A stretch of DNA of 54,001 nucleotides, counting the filler, from Trypethelium eluteriae (lineage: Eukaryota), in NCBI GenBank assembly GCA_051942245.1. It is 3 parts of 3 records of this genome, joined end to end, with 100 filler letters (N's around TTAATTAATTAA, not from the genome) between each part and the next. Parts side by side here need not be neighbours in the genome. Positions count along the whole stretch, not along the records: positions 1 to 17,958 come from JAVECL010000575.1; 2 more parts are not named here. One strand, given 5' to 3'. The translations under genes and the position numbers were made by a program. The notes beneath the pieces were generated by a model, which did no database searches, had not been told where the DNA came from, and was given only the letters and a program-made list of their open reading frames with translations. Positions 1-12,930 of this stretch are shown piece after piece (the first letter of the stretch is position 1; each line of letters opens with the position of its first letter).

Positions 1-171
<171 letters not shown>

Positions 172-381
172 ATAGCGGAGATAGAGATTCAAAACCATGA
201 CTCCAATTCCCTAGCTTCCAGAACATCTAGAATACACGGTATCTCGAAAGACCCAGGGAGCCACCTCGCCCAAAAAGCCTTAAGCCTGAACACTAATTGC
301 CGCTGTAAATATCGCACGGACTACTCTCTCCATCCATAACCAGCTTTAAAGTGACCGCCTTGCTACACTCATCATCGTCCT

Positions 382-447
382 CATCATCTCCATCTCATCA
401 TCTCCATCTTATCATCTCCATCTCATCATCTCCATCTCATCATCTCC
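382..447. repeat. 14-bp tandem repeat (CATCATCTCCATCT), about 4.7 copies
   Basis: Units start at 382, 396, 410 (one mismatch), 424 and 438. The last copy overlaps the stop codon of the RNPS1-like gene. Confidence 0.85.
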
Positions 448-1763
448 TCCGCCGTGGACTCCTGCTCCTATCACTATAGCTACTATAACTACTATAGCTC
501 GGACTCCTCCTTCTCCTCCTCCCCCCACCCCTGCCCCCTCTCGGTGGACTATATGCCCTCCCCCGTCTCGGCGGCGACCGACTACGCGACCGACTCGACC
601 AGCTCCGCGACCTCTCCCTCTCCCGCTCCCTCCTCGGCGGCGACCTACTCCTTGTCAGCGACCGTGGCCTCCACGTATCATCGCGCTCCCTGCCCCTCGG
701 ATACCTTCTCGGCGGCGACGACCCGCGATACGGCGCTCCGCCCCCCGCCGACCCCTGCTGCCCCTGCTGCTGCTGCTGGGATGGCGGCGGCGACGACCGA
801 TACGACGCAGACCGCGGCGGGGGCGACCGGTAGCGTCCTCCGCCGCTGGCTCCCGCGCCGTACCCACCTCCTCCACTACCATAACCACCGCCCCCGCCAC
901 CGCTGCTGTTGAGAGGAGGCAGACCGCCGCCTCCGCGGAGTGGCGGGGCGCCGCCTGAGCGCGGGCCCGAGGCGTCGTACCGAGATGGGGGAGGAGGGCG
1001 CCGCGAGGGAGGCGGGTTGCGGGTTAGGCGGCGGCGGGGCAGGACGATGGAGACGGCGAGGTCGGCGCCGTCGAGTTGGGCGTCGTGCATGTGGGCGATG
1101 GCGGATTCGGCGGAGGTGGTGGTGGCGTAGAGGATGTAGGCGATGCCGCGGTTGGTCATGACTGTGGGAGGGGGAAAGATAGTTAGGATGGTGGGATCTG
1201 AGGGGGAAGAGAGAGAAGGCGAAAGGGAGAGAAGGAGGTAAGGAGTCGGATTCAGAGACATACATTGCTTGTTCATGGGCAGGTCGAGTTCTTGGATAGA
1301 GCCATAGGCGCCGAAGATCTCGCGGAGATGGCTTTCGTTGACGTTCTTGCTGAGTTTTTCGACGACGATCTGGATGATGTTAGCGGAACTGAGGGCGAGG
1401 TTAGAAGGAGATGCTGAGCTGGACTCTGCTAACCTTTGAGCTTCTTGGAGGAGGGCTCCCGCGACTAGGACTCCTGCTGTTACTACGACTTCTGTATCTT
1501 CCTCCCCCTCGCCCCCGGCTTCTGCTACGTGATGGACTTCTCATTGGAGATCGGCTAATGCTTCTCCTGCGGTATCCGTTTCGACCTTCGTATCTGTCGC
1601 TCCGCGGCGAGGGCGATCGATCCAAAGATCGAGGTCGAGAGTCTGCACGTGGAGATCGAGAGCGTCGAGGCGATGGCGAACGCGTACGTGTGGGCGTTCG
1701 CGAACGTGTGCGCGATCCTCCTCGTGGCGTGGGACTGCGTGACCGAGAATTGTCACGGGCCAT
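440..1763 (-). CDS. RNPS1: RNA-binding protein with serine-rich domain (RNPS1-like; RS-RRM-RGG/RS), 3 exons
   Basis: Exons 1763-1434, 1369-1264, 1161-440 with GT-AG introns. The spliced RRM reads SKIVVEKLSKNVNESHLREIFGAYGSIQELDLPMNKQFMTNRGIAYILY...AIAHMHDAQLDG and is flanked by RS repeats. Confidence 0.85.
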
Positions 1764-2265
1764 GGTGACCTAGAGGATATGGCAAGAGTAGGTTGTATTG
1801 TTGTGAGGCAGGTCATGCAACGCGAGTCGCGAAAGTGCTGTGCATGAAGGGAGATACGGGGAGCTTGCGAGCTGGTAACGTCGATTTTCGGAACTTACAC
1901 CTAGGTAGGCAAAGGTAGCCGAGAGTATCCTAGAACAACAATTTGACTACTCAACGCATCATGAGACAGCAATCAGTACCAATGTGGTAAAATGCTATCA
2001 TCTGCTAGACTACGAATGTATCTTGGAAGTGGAGAGCCACTATGTCCTCACCTTCTAAGCCGCACCGTTGCTTGCCTGCACAACCTTCTGCATCGGATCA
2101 AAATCTATAGACAGTTCAAGCCTGGAGTAGCATCCGCGTGGTAAGAGGATATGCAAAGTAAATTACACTTCGTACCCCAAATGAAGAATCCGTATTCTTA
2201 TGCACATTCGTGAATTATCTCTTATCCTCTCGATTGCAATTCGCGTCCATCCCATCTCCTGCGCG

Positions 2266-2973
2266 CTAGTATCCGACGCTGATGAGATAGTCCCCAAGCT
2301 GCTCCACAGTATTTGCGGCGGATCCGGGCTGAACGGTTTCGGGGTAGTGCGTGACGAGGATAGCTTGGGTTGTTTTAACAATGACGATGCCCTCCTTGCC
2401 CTGTTTTATCGCCGACTTAGCAGAAGTAATAATGGAAGGAGGCCTCTCTTCCTATATATACCTTCTTGCCGTACAAGCTTCGTTCGTCTGCCTTGAGGAC
2501 GACATATCTCTCTCCTGCGACGTGCAGACCAGTGCTTTGGACCTGCTTGACGCCATTTGCATCCCCCTTATCTTTGTAGGCCGTGACAACTTCCTTCATT
2601 TCTTGTGGAGCGACCTGTTTCAGATCAGTGGTATGTTCAGTAATGAGGACCACCGAGCAACGAAGTCCCTAGATGGGAGAATAGCAAGATTGGTCGATAA
2701 GCGTAAGGCTTTCTTGTTGATGCCTCTGGCTCGACATTCATTGACTTACAGTGAAGCCTGATGACGATGCCCATACGCTGTTTCCCTCTGCATTGAATAT
2801 TGCAGCCTTGTCGATATTGCCTGTGCCAACGAGGCTACGACAATATTAGTTTTGTAGGACGCTGGTCGAGCTAGAGGAATAATCACCTTTGATCAACATA
2901 GGCTAGATGGGTAGTGTCAGCGTAGGACGTTCAGCAAAGAAGGGTGTGACAGAATTATACCTTGCCAAGACAT
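2266..2973 (-). CDS. PFY1: Profilin, 5 exons (133 aa)
   Basis: Exons 2973-2961, 2902-2887, 2834-2750, 2614-2462, 2400-2266 give MSWQAYVDQSLVGTGNIDKAAIF...GLHVAGERYVVLKADERSLYGKKGKEGIVIVKTTQAILVTHY...LGDYLISVGY*, a classic profilin. Confidence 0.95.
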
Positions 2974-4143
2974 CGTTGTGGATGCAAAGGTGCACTTTTA
3001 GAGAGCGGTACGGTATTGGCGTGAATAGAAGTAAGCGCAAAGGTGCGAAAGTCGGCGTTGGATGCGTAACAGGCTGCAGAGGAAGTATTCTAGTGGGGTT
3101 TGTTTTGGGCGCGCCGAGTCAGCGTGGGTGGGTGACGAGTTTGGTGGGGCAGACCTTTTGAGCCCGTACATACAACGGAACAACTTATGCATGTTCTTAT
3201 ATGCGATGGTATCTTAAAATTTATGCATTCTCTGGCCTGGGATTCAGTCGATAATTCGTGTCAGACTCAATGCAATGGGTGATGAAACGCTTGCCGCTTC
3301 ACTCGTCCGAACTTTCGAATGCTTCAACAGTCCAACCATTGCTCACCCTGGTATACTGCTTCGTCCTGTTGCGCCGCGGCTATCATTCGGAATTGTCCGT
3401 GCCATGGAGAGGTATACCCTCTGATACTTGGTCATTATCCTCCCCCAAGTCCCGCGTCAAGCGGATGCATGGATGAGAAAAAGGTAGGGCGCCGATCAGC
3501 CAAAACTAAAACCGAGTATTGGTAAAGCCTGAAGGTCGGTATCTGGAAAACGTCCGAAGCTTCGTAGGATACCGAAGTCACAGGAGGACCAGTCCTTAGA
3601 CGTTCCATCCTCGGCCGAAGCTAAAAGTCGTTAGAGAGAGTTCCTAAAAAGCAGTCAGCTGAAATGATAGGCCGACATGGCCGCACGACATGAGCATCCA
3701 CGGTTGCAGAACACGCAGCGACCTATTGAGGAAGGTTGTCTAGAATGCTTTTCTTAAAAGAGTGACTAGGGTCAGCAGTTAGAGCAGTTCCAGAAAACGG
3801 CTTGCGACACATTGTCTCTGCTGGTACATCGAGGCCACTGTACGTGGCAAATACATGCAAGCTTCTATAGCAGAATGGCTAAGACCGTTCTTTCCAGTGA
3901 GGCTTTCTTCTTTTTTTCTTGGTTTTCTTTTCTTTCTTCTTCTTCAAGCAATCCGCCAGAGATGGCCCAGGGTATCAATGCCTCGTTGCAATGGCGTGAA
4001 GGAATTCCCAGCTCCGAACACCGAATACGGCCCTCGATCTTGTGATTTGCAATCATGAGCAACGACTCCACCAAATTCCTAGCAAGCCAGGTTAGCCTAG
4101 AGTTCGGAGGGTAATGGAGATCCGATCTTGATCCGCACTCGTC

Positions 4144-6397
4144 TTATCTCTCAAGCTTGCTCGCTAGAACCCGAAGGTGTTCCCTCTGTCTGTCGTAGGA
4201 CGTGTAATTGCCTCCAACGATAGAACCCAAGATGCTACGTCCTTTCCTTTCATCGGGAGGTTGTCTACTGAGCTCAGTCATACGCTGAACGAGGGTCTGA
4301 TGTGCCTCAGAAAACACGGTGAGGATGAGCTTGATGAGCTTTGTTCCCCCCGATATGTCATTCTGCCCATCGTTTGGATCAATCACGCGTAGTCGATCTG
4401 CCTTTGCCTTGTGGATCACGCGCTGTTCATTGGTCAGCGAAGCCTCAAAATCGGAAGAATGAAGTGGGGAAGTAAATCGATGGAACACATGCCTTGGGCG
4501 CATATGCGGCTGGATGGAGGTGGATCTCCGTAGTTGTAGTATCAAACTTGTTCCCATAATAATCAAAGAAGTAGAGTAGGATTTCGCCCAAGTTTCCCTG
4601 TGGAGATATGCTTCCGCTCCGAAGCGTAGGATGATGCTGCAAGAAACTGACGACAAGGCAGATGATGGTGAAGCTGTTCATGCCGCCAGTATACATTTCG
4701 TTAAGCCCACGCATCAGCAAGAGCTGTTTGATCACACAGACAAGTACTGGCATTGCTGGAAACTCAGAGCTCCATGATTCGAGCGTCTTGAGTGCGCGAA
4801 CGCCCGTCACATTTTCAAAGGAGATATCAACACGAAGTCTTGTGGGATTATCAATGTACTTGACCAATGGTACCCTGGCGTTCCAAATGATCTCCCTGGA
4901 GTTCTTCATCATGAGCTGAGCTTCTTCGAGATCGAACGCAAATGATTGAAGTTGTCTGCTTGATTGTCCAATGGTCCGTTGATTTCTTGACATGTACTTT
5001 CTGGACATTGCAACGAGATCCATATCAGCAGTTGGAAGGTACGTGCCACTTGCGAATGAGCCAAAACAGTCGATCATTGCATCGCGCTTGAAGAATACCT
5101 CAGACACACGTTGAATAAGATCTTCACGCATTTTAGCCTCAAAAGGTCGCGGTTTCACGTAGTCATAAAAGTCACGAATTTCATCGTGTAACCACCGACT
5201 GACATCTGGCGTGCAAGATCGATCTATCAGACACCAGGGCTTGGCTGTTTTCGCATCCTTGGCCATCCAATCTGTCAGTAATGATCCATCCAGTCCAGCA
5301 TCGCGCTTTCTTTTCTTCGACGACTGCCCCAGAGGTTGCTCTGGTGCACGGGGTTTGACGACTTCATCTAGAGAGTACGCCGAAGCACCGGAGGGAGCAG
5401 GCATGGGGACAGGTACAGCAGGAGCCTTGTTCAAGCGCGGCAACTCTTCGGCAGGAGGTGCACATGATGAGTCACCTGTGGACGCAGGTCGGATGGGCAC
5501 CCCTCCGTTTTCTTGGTCTTCTGTATCGGTTGCCTCTGGAACCTGCCCCTTGTCTTTATCGATATCGAACGAGATGAAGTCCTCAACCGCGGATGGCTTG
5601 GTGCTACCTGACTTCTCCTGCACGATCCTTGCCTTCCTAATCAATTTGACAACATCTGTTTTCTTGCCTTTAGACTCGTCGGGAGGAGGAAGGGCTGTGT
5701 ATGGATCTGGGTTCGACCATTTCGGAACGGCGTCTCCACTGCCTCCAGAGGGCTCGTCATTGCCGCGAGCAACTTTCTTGCGTTGTGGCTCAATATCGGA
5801 TCCGCCATCGTCTGCGTCAGAATCTCCAGCCATGCTCCCCTCGCTTTGAGAGATATTGTCCAAAGCTTTGAAGCGAGCAAGTCCATCCGACATCCCAGCT
5901 AGGCGCTCTGGAGTTGGCTCGCGCTTGGCTGTGAGGAGAGGACGGTCGTGAGTTCGCGTGAAGGGGCGTCGTCTCCACTGCGTGCCACCCTGTTGTCGCC
6001 TTCCCTGGTTTTTGGGATTAGTCCTGGGTCTTGGTCCTTTGCGACGAGTGCCGTCGGGACGCGACGAGCCTGGGGGACCCGCAGGACCGTCGAATTTGGG
6101 ACCTTGGCGTGCAGAGCGGAAGGTAAATTCAGCTCTCCCTTGCTGCGATAATGAAGGTCTGTGAGAGTCTGCCATACGATCAGCTGACCTTGATTTCTCC
6201 ATTGTAGAGGAGCGCGTTTGGTATTAAACATGCAACAGGATCGCGTCTTTGGCAAACGCGAACGTACCGTGGTGGTTCGAACGGCCGCCAGCGCGCCCAC
6301 CGTACCGCGGGGCATAATGGTCAGTATCAGCGCGTCCGGAAGGGCGATAGCTATCACCTCCGCCTCCGCCTCTGCCTCTGCCTCTGAAGTGATACAT
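4144..6397 (-). CDS. TRF4: Non-canonical poly(A) polymerase Trf4/Pap2/Cid14 (TRAMP subunit), 3 exons
   Basis: Nucleotidyltransferase motif FGSFASGTYLPTADMDL, plus ARVPLVKY..RVDISF and the PAP-associated LRVIDPND..NDISGG. Exons 6397-6268, 6168-4493, 4422-4144; the second intron is GC-AG. Confidence 0.9.
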
Positions 6398-8294
6398 AGC
6401 GAAATTGTTGATACACGTACGAATATTTGGAATTTGGGAGATGGTCCGAAGTGCGATCGCTCAACAAATCTGTCGTATGGTATGCACCCAGGTTTCGTCA
6501 CTCAACAGCAAAAGACTGTCAAGATACAGACAGAAACGTGGTAGACGAGGTGGCGATGAATGGTGCTTGTGGATAAAGAACCGAAGAAGAGGAAGTTACG
6601 AGCCGGGTTAAGATCGCGGTGGCCAGCCAAACGAGGAAGGCTAGCCTTTTAAGGCAAGGTCACTTGAACGGGAACGAAGATTTCTTGCAGGGAAGGCCCG
6701 AGCGTCAAGATTCACTTCATTCACCCACTGGCACCTGTTCCGTCACTCCCGTGTCCCATTTTGGGAGGATGGAGTACGGAGAGGGGTCCTCCGTACTCAT
6801 TATCCTATCTTCTATCAGCAGCCGCGGTAACAAACTATCTGTCTTTCAGAGTATCTGTGCTCAATATTCGTTCTTCAGTGGACACACTTCTTGTCGACAA
6901 GCCAGCCATGGCCTCTCATATCGGCCTTCTAAATAAACCAGTTGCAATCATGGCAAGAGCGTCATGGAAGGTGAAAAGCTTGGGAAGGAAACGCTGAGCT
7001 GAATGCAATCGTCAATGGTCTTCGCTTATGAGAACGCTCACGATGGTTGAATAAGGTAGCCAGTCCTCTTTGTTCATTCATTTCCTATCTCCTCGTTTTC
7101 TTAAGCAACTGCACGATCCATGTCCAAATGTTCCTGGTCTCCTTCCTTTGCTAAGTTTGAGGCATTCCTGCTTCGGATCCGACCGCCTGAGAGCAGCCGC
7201 CATTATGGCCTGCCTGTGACGGAGTTCAAGGTTTAGGTGAAAATCTCCGAGAATTCCCTGCGTAGACCAGCATGAGAGTGCCACTTTGAGCAGTTTCCCT
7301 TCTGCCACTCTGCATGCAATGGAAGCGGGGGCTTCAGGGGCCAAAATCTTCTAGACCAGCTTCAGGTCCGGAACATCAAGTAGAGTATCTGCAGCCAGGG
7401 CAGATCGCCCACATGAATCATTACTTGCTCATCGGGATCTACCCTACTGCATGCAGGACAAGTCGACGGCAGAACAAGCTCATTGGTATCTCGATGGAAG
7501 CTAGCTTAGGCAGACGCATAACGCAGTACTTTATCGATATCAGTCGGTCTCTACTGCATGCTCCTGTCACCGAATCAGTTACCGACATCTTTAGGAACAG
7601 ACCAAAGGAATTTTAGTCAAGTCACGTTGTAGACTGGTGTCCTGATACTGTCCTCCTAGACATCACGATGTTCCAGCTTGTGTACCTTCCAAGGAGGATT
7701 GATCTTGCGGGCCTGATAAGCAGAAGCTGAGCCCAGAACAATGAGTGACGTCGGCATGGCTTGATGATAGGTATCCACCCGCTCACTCGCAGTGAGATAG
7801 TCAGCCGGGTGATAACCCGTCTCTATTGGACCCTGATCCGTCCAATGAACGCCCAACATAGCTAGCCATACTAATGTAACACACGCTGATGGCAAAGCCA
7901 GGTCCAAGATAAATTTGGTACCCCACTTTAGCAGCATTCGCATGACCTGTCTTGGAGCTACGGCGAAAAGACCGCGGTGGGAGAGAGCAAGTTTTGGGAC
8001 TGCTCCGAACCCTGAAACCCGACCGTTTGGTCGATCCAACGACGGTGGTTTTCCTATGGGGAAACAGACGGAGCTCGAGACGCAGTTATACCGCGTGGGA
8101 CCCCACCATTATCTTTAGAACGGCGAATGACCATGGAACTCGCGCTGCAAGGCATCGGCCGGGCATACATCGCGTCTGTGCTACCAATGCCACAGACGGC
8201 AAGCTCGGCAGCTATTACTCTTGCTTGTTTTTAATGGTGGTGAATGGTGGAGGCAGCAACGTGCACCGAGCGCAGATCTCCTCGGGGTTAGGTG

Positions 8295-8301
8295 TATATA
8301 A
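8295..8301 (+). promoter_or_regulatory. TATA box upstream of the metallothionein gene
   Basis: TATATAA about 130 nt upstream of the ATG at 8430, followed by a C/A-rich leader typical of highly expressed fungal genes. Confidence 0.55.
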
Positions 8302-8429
8302 GCCCCTCCATGACCCCACCATCGCCTTCTTTATTCGCAAGCAACAACTTCCACTTCACTGCACAAAGAGTACGAACTTCACACAGCAACCTATTCTTTT
8401 TCCAAACAACTTCAACTCATAACTTCATA

Positions 8430-8618
8430 ATGGCTGGTGAGTTGAGGACACGTAAATGCCTCCTTGGCCGTCTCATAACTGACACCATCTAGGTGGCTGC
8501 GGCAACTCCTCCTGCACTTGCTCTTCTTGCTCTTGCGCCTCTGGCAGCTGCAGCTGCGGCGTAAGTGCTCTCAGAAGGTCGTTACATTTGCTGGTTACTG
8601 ACCTCGATTCAGAAATAA
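8430..8618 (+). CDS. Copper metallothionein (Neurospora CuMT-like), 26 aa, 3 exons
   Basis: Exons 8430-8436, 8493-8560, 8613-8618. Introns are GTGAGT..ACTGAC..TAG and GTAAGT..ACTGAC..CAG. Product MAGGCGNSSCTCSSCSCASGSCSCGK has 7 Cys, six of them in three CxC pairs, and no aromatic residues. Absent from the ORF track. Confidence 0.88.
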
Positions 8619-9216
8619 ATCATGTGCTTCTAGTCAACACGGACGTCCCGTCATGAACGTCAACATCACTCATTTGTCGGCGTCTACCACTTGATCTGTT
8701 CATGTTTTGCTTCAATTCACTCAGAATACACTGCTTATGCGAGGAGACACCACCTTTGGTGATCTACTGGGGTGATTGGGGAGCAGACAGATTGGTTGCT
8801 AAATGTAGATTGAAATGAACATATCGATTTGCCTCAAGGTTCTTTGACCTGCTCAAATCGTGACCGTGTCATTGTAAATGAAATAGTCGTATTCGACGTT
8901 TCTAATTTATGACCTTACTACTCTGATTCAGTCCAAAGCGCTTGCCGATATAGCTAGCGAATGCCAACATAATCCTTCAAAACGAAAGATGCACTACTTC
9001 AGAAAGTACCCAATTGAAGGTGCTTCCCGCCCACGTGCCGGGGGCTGTCGACTCTGTAACCTGAGACCAACCTGTTAAAAAGCCGAGCCTGATTGCAAAA
9101 CAGCCAGGAACCCCGGAGCGAGCAAATCCATATTCAATGCAACAATGGTTGGCCTCAAGGATTTCGCACACGTAATCAGAGACCTCACGCCAAACCCATC
9201 CCACGCCGCGTCCCCA

Positions 9217-11050
9217 TCACCCGAGCCCCACCTTCAGCTCCTCCCCAACCCCCCATTCGCTCTCCCGCTCTTCGTGCCTCAACGGCGTGTACACATCCCG
9301 TTCTGGCTCTTCCCTCTCCCTTCCGGTCTCGCCTGTACTACCACTTCCCCCACTACTCCTCTGCACGCTATATTCGCTCCCCGGACGACTCGCTCTGCTG
9401 AACCATCTCCGTCTACGTGCCTTAGGACTTGCTTCGGACGCCGAGATTGAGGCATCATCTGTAGCAGTAGCAGCAGTAGGAGCTGCAGCCGGGGAGTACG
9501 GAGGCGGAGGCTCAGTATCAAGGGAAGGGTCACGCGTGTGTGCGGAAGAGGGCGAGGGGCTAAGTCTTGGTGTGGGGGTGGAGTCGACAAGTTCGGCGTC
9601 ACGGTACCATTTCCTCCGGCGAGTGTAGCGACCCCAGCTATCTTGGCCGCGGCGGCCGTCGCGCCACTGAGATGGAGTGAATCTAATGCATTGGGAGAGG
9701 GTGGGATGGAAAGAGGCGTACCTTGTTGTCGTAGAAGATCCAGCCTTCCTTGTCCGAGCCCCCGGTTTTCGAGACGCTTTTAGAAGAGGGATCATCCTCA
9801 GCGCCCTCAACTTGCCACTGACTGCCTTCTACCCATCGCCACTTCGCAAGGCCGCCTTCGACTTCCGGTAGTTCGAATTGTTCTTTAGGAGGCATGGGGT
9901 TCAGGTGTTCGTCTGTCCACGGTCCTCGCTCATACGCTAGCATGGAAGACGTCCACCCTATGCCCAGCCATCTCCGCTGATTCTCAAAGAGCGTAAATGT
10001 GAAACGAATCCCAGCAGTATCTGGCGATCGCTTTGCTGCAAGGGAGGCTGCGACCTCGTTCGGCGTTTTTCTTCCGCTGCGCTTTTGCTGAGGTGGCTCC
10101 TCTTTGGATGGCCCTTCAAAGGACAGCCCAGTAGCTATAGAGCAAATGCGTCGGACTGTTCTAGATCGCCAGAGAATCGTACGAGATACTCGAGCAGGGC
10201 GAGAATGCCAACTTAATGCGAGCGTACCCGAAGTAAGGACAACTCTTCTTGTTGTGATTACTGATATGGGCGGCAGGGTAAGTAAAATCCAGACAGGCGT
10301 GACAAGGAGGATCCGAATGAAAAGTATTGTGAGAGCAGGTCGCGTGGTGGCTGAAGTTGCAGTTCTCTGAGTGGAAAGAAAGTCCGTAAGGCGGAGGAAT
10401 GGGTCGAGCAATATACTGCAACGAGAGGTAAATATCTTCAATATATCCACAATTTCATCTAAGCTTTTGTGATGTTTGGTAGTCCCCTCTGATGCTCCGG
10501 ATGTCTGCTTCTGTTCCTTCTTTGACAGCTTCTCATTCGACCATCCCGTTGATGATAGCGGAGAATACCGGCGACTGTACATGCCCAAAATCAGACCAAC
10601 GACCAGAATGAGAGGTCCTGCCCATCTAATTATTATTCCACCATAGAGTGTAACACCCCAGAATACAGCTATCATGAGAAAGCTCTCCCAAGGATCGCCT
10701 GTTGTCCATGATAAAAGACCGACTAACTTGTTCAATGGTAGAAGGAAGGGATGGGAGTAGGCTAGAGCCCTCGTTATTTGAGGTGGTGTGGATATTAACA
10801 ATGGCGATTTTTGGTATACTATGATTGTCGAACGTGGTCTGACCGAGGACGGAGAGTGAGAGATTGTGGCCGGAGAGAAGCCAGCAGTAGTTGGTGGATT
10901 GGAATCATTCGGATCATTCGGATCGGACGCTCCAACTACGGAGCTAGAGCCGACGGAAGACATTGACGACAACCAAGGAGTGTCTGGGAAATCAAAGCAT
11001 TAGGATGGTGAGTGCAGAATAGGCAAGTAAGACTTACCAAACGCTGCCAT
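9217..11050 (-). CDS. PEX30: Pex23/Pex30-family peroxin (Pex24p reticulon-like plus dysferlin domains), 3 exons
   Basis: Exons 11050-11038, 10983-9722, 9666-9217. Hydrophobic hairpins plus the DysF motifs FENQRRWLGIGW, WRWVEGSQW, GWIFYDNKW and YTRRRKWYRDA. Confidence 0.85.
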
Positions 11051-11718
11051 ATACTTGCGTGATCACAACTAGGCTGCGAGGGAGCTACTACCTTTGCAGC
11101 ATCGTGATGAACCTAGGGAGCGAACTTTGGACCTACTGGCTCCCAGTTTGGCAGCGGGAACAATGTAGCCAGCGTCAGCCTTAATGCAGGAGCTGGATCC
11201 AAGTGTTTTGACACAGCTGGAAGTCGGATATCACAAGAGTAAAGTTAGGCCCCGCGGTAGTGGACTCCAGACGGGAATGCCACGCTCAGCTTCGAGCATG
11301 TGAATGACCATTGCCTTGGTTAGTGGCACGAACTCCTCGTTTAGAGACCAAAGTCAGAGGTGATATCGCTCTTGCCAGCTGTAGTGCCAAGGATCTCAGA
11401 GCCTTGAAGTTGAGACAAAGTAGAACTGGTCCATCATTTCCTCGCAACCCTCGCCCCATTTTGCTGGATTGAGCATTCGGAGGAGAGTGGATTTGACCAA
11501 TCACGTGGTCGATCGGGATGTCCTGGTACTACGGGGCAGAGGTACCGATTTTCGTCAGGGTTCGCTGGGGTTTTTTGCCCGACGGAGTTGCGGCGAATTA
11601 AATTTTTGGGCATCCTCAATCATCCTCTCTAGAAGACTCTCCTAAGACCTCTCCAGACTTGAAGCGATTACTTGGGCCGATTGAAGGCTGCTTGTAAACC
11701 GAAGCCACTCGATCTCTG

Positions 11719-12231
11719 ATGGTATGTGCCCAGGGGACGACCCTCCAGTCCTTTTGATCTCATTCTACCTATAGATCATCCACGCAATATCTTCCGCTAA
11801 CAAAGGGCTCCCCCTAGGCCCACCGCATCATAACCCAAGTCCTCGTCACTGGCTCTCGAGTCTTCGGCCGCGCTTTCGCAGAAGCTTGGCGACAGGCCTC
11901 CGCCTCCCAGAGATACGCCGCCGCCTCCGGGAGCAAACCAGGTGGCGCCAATACCCTCGCCTCCTCGGGTCTGACCCTCGACGAAGCCTGCCGCATCCTT
12001 AATGTACCACCACCTAAGGGTGGCGATGCCAACACCCAGCAGGTTGCGGAGAGATTCAAGCGGTTATTTGACCAAAATGATCCTAAGAAAGGGGGAAGCT
12101 TCTATCTGCAGAGCAAGATTTTGAGGGCTCGGGAAAGGATAGATCTGGAGGTGAGAGAGGCGAAAGAGGCGGCAGAGAGGGAAAAGGAGGTAAACGAGGG
12201 ATGGAGGCCGAAGGTGTACAAGGATAGGTAG
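11719..12231 (+). CDS. PAM16: Mitochondrial import motor subunit Pam16/Tim16; first coding exon is ATG only
   Basis: ATG 11719-11721, intron 11722-11817 (GTATGT..GCTAAC..TAG), exon 11818-12231. Reads MAHRIITQVLVTGSRVFGRAFAEAWRQA...LTLDEACRILNV...KGGSFYLQSKILRARERI. Not in the ORF track. Confidence 0.95.
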
Positions 12232-12930
12232 CAGGAGGGAGTATGAGATTACATTGGGTTGCCTGCGAAAGGATCGGCAAAGTTCGACCATCAGTCGCCA
12301 GTGATTCGCGCAGATGCATGGCGTATTGAAAGCTTTCGGCTACATGTTTTGGAATCTGCATAGGGATGGCGTTTTCTTCTGCAAGCGTATGGGTGTCTGG
12401 AGCTGGAGCTGGAGCTACCAAAGGCGGTCTTGGCTAGAGTCGAGACGCAGGAACTGAAAGAGCTTGTACCGAACTCATTATCTCTCCCCTCATCTGTACA
12501 TAGAATTCTGTGGGAGATGTTTTCGGTAATTGCTGTGTGTGCACGGGCAAAGGTAGTCAGGCCGGCAAGTCTTCTTTATACCACTCTCACACATCCTCCA
12601 TTATTTCGAAGTGTTTTTTTACCAAGAGCATCAAAGCGCCCATTAAAACACACTCCAAGCACATAGTCCCGGGTCCGCATAGCAATTTGGGAATTTGAAG
12701 GTCGACGACAAGACCTGGCCATCGATTTTGAGTGGCGCAATTTTGACAGATATCTCGCTTTGCTGCAATATTTCTGATTTGCGGTGATTAATTTTACTCA
12801 GCCCGGGTCTGTCGCATGATATACAGTGTCTAGAGTGCCCAAAACTAGAGCTGCTCGGCGTTCTTTATGTAAGGCGATTATGTACAGTGCCCTGGGACCT
12901 GATACCTTAATACAGCCAAGTTTCTAACGT

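Noticed and set aside
2615..2749. Long profilin intron 3 as snoRNA host, micro-exon or stwintron
   Set aside because: No proper box C; the internal TAG|15 nt|GTGGTC would leave a ~39-nt intron with a weak donor; simple splicing gives a normal profilin.
6619..8422. Several 65-156 aa ORFs between TRF4 and the metallothionein
   Set aside because: Overlapping, mostly non-ATG starts, no motifs or codon bias; treated as intergenic/regulatory.
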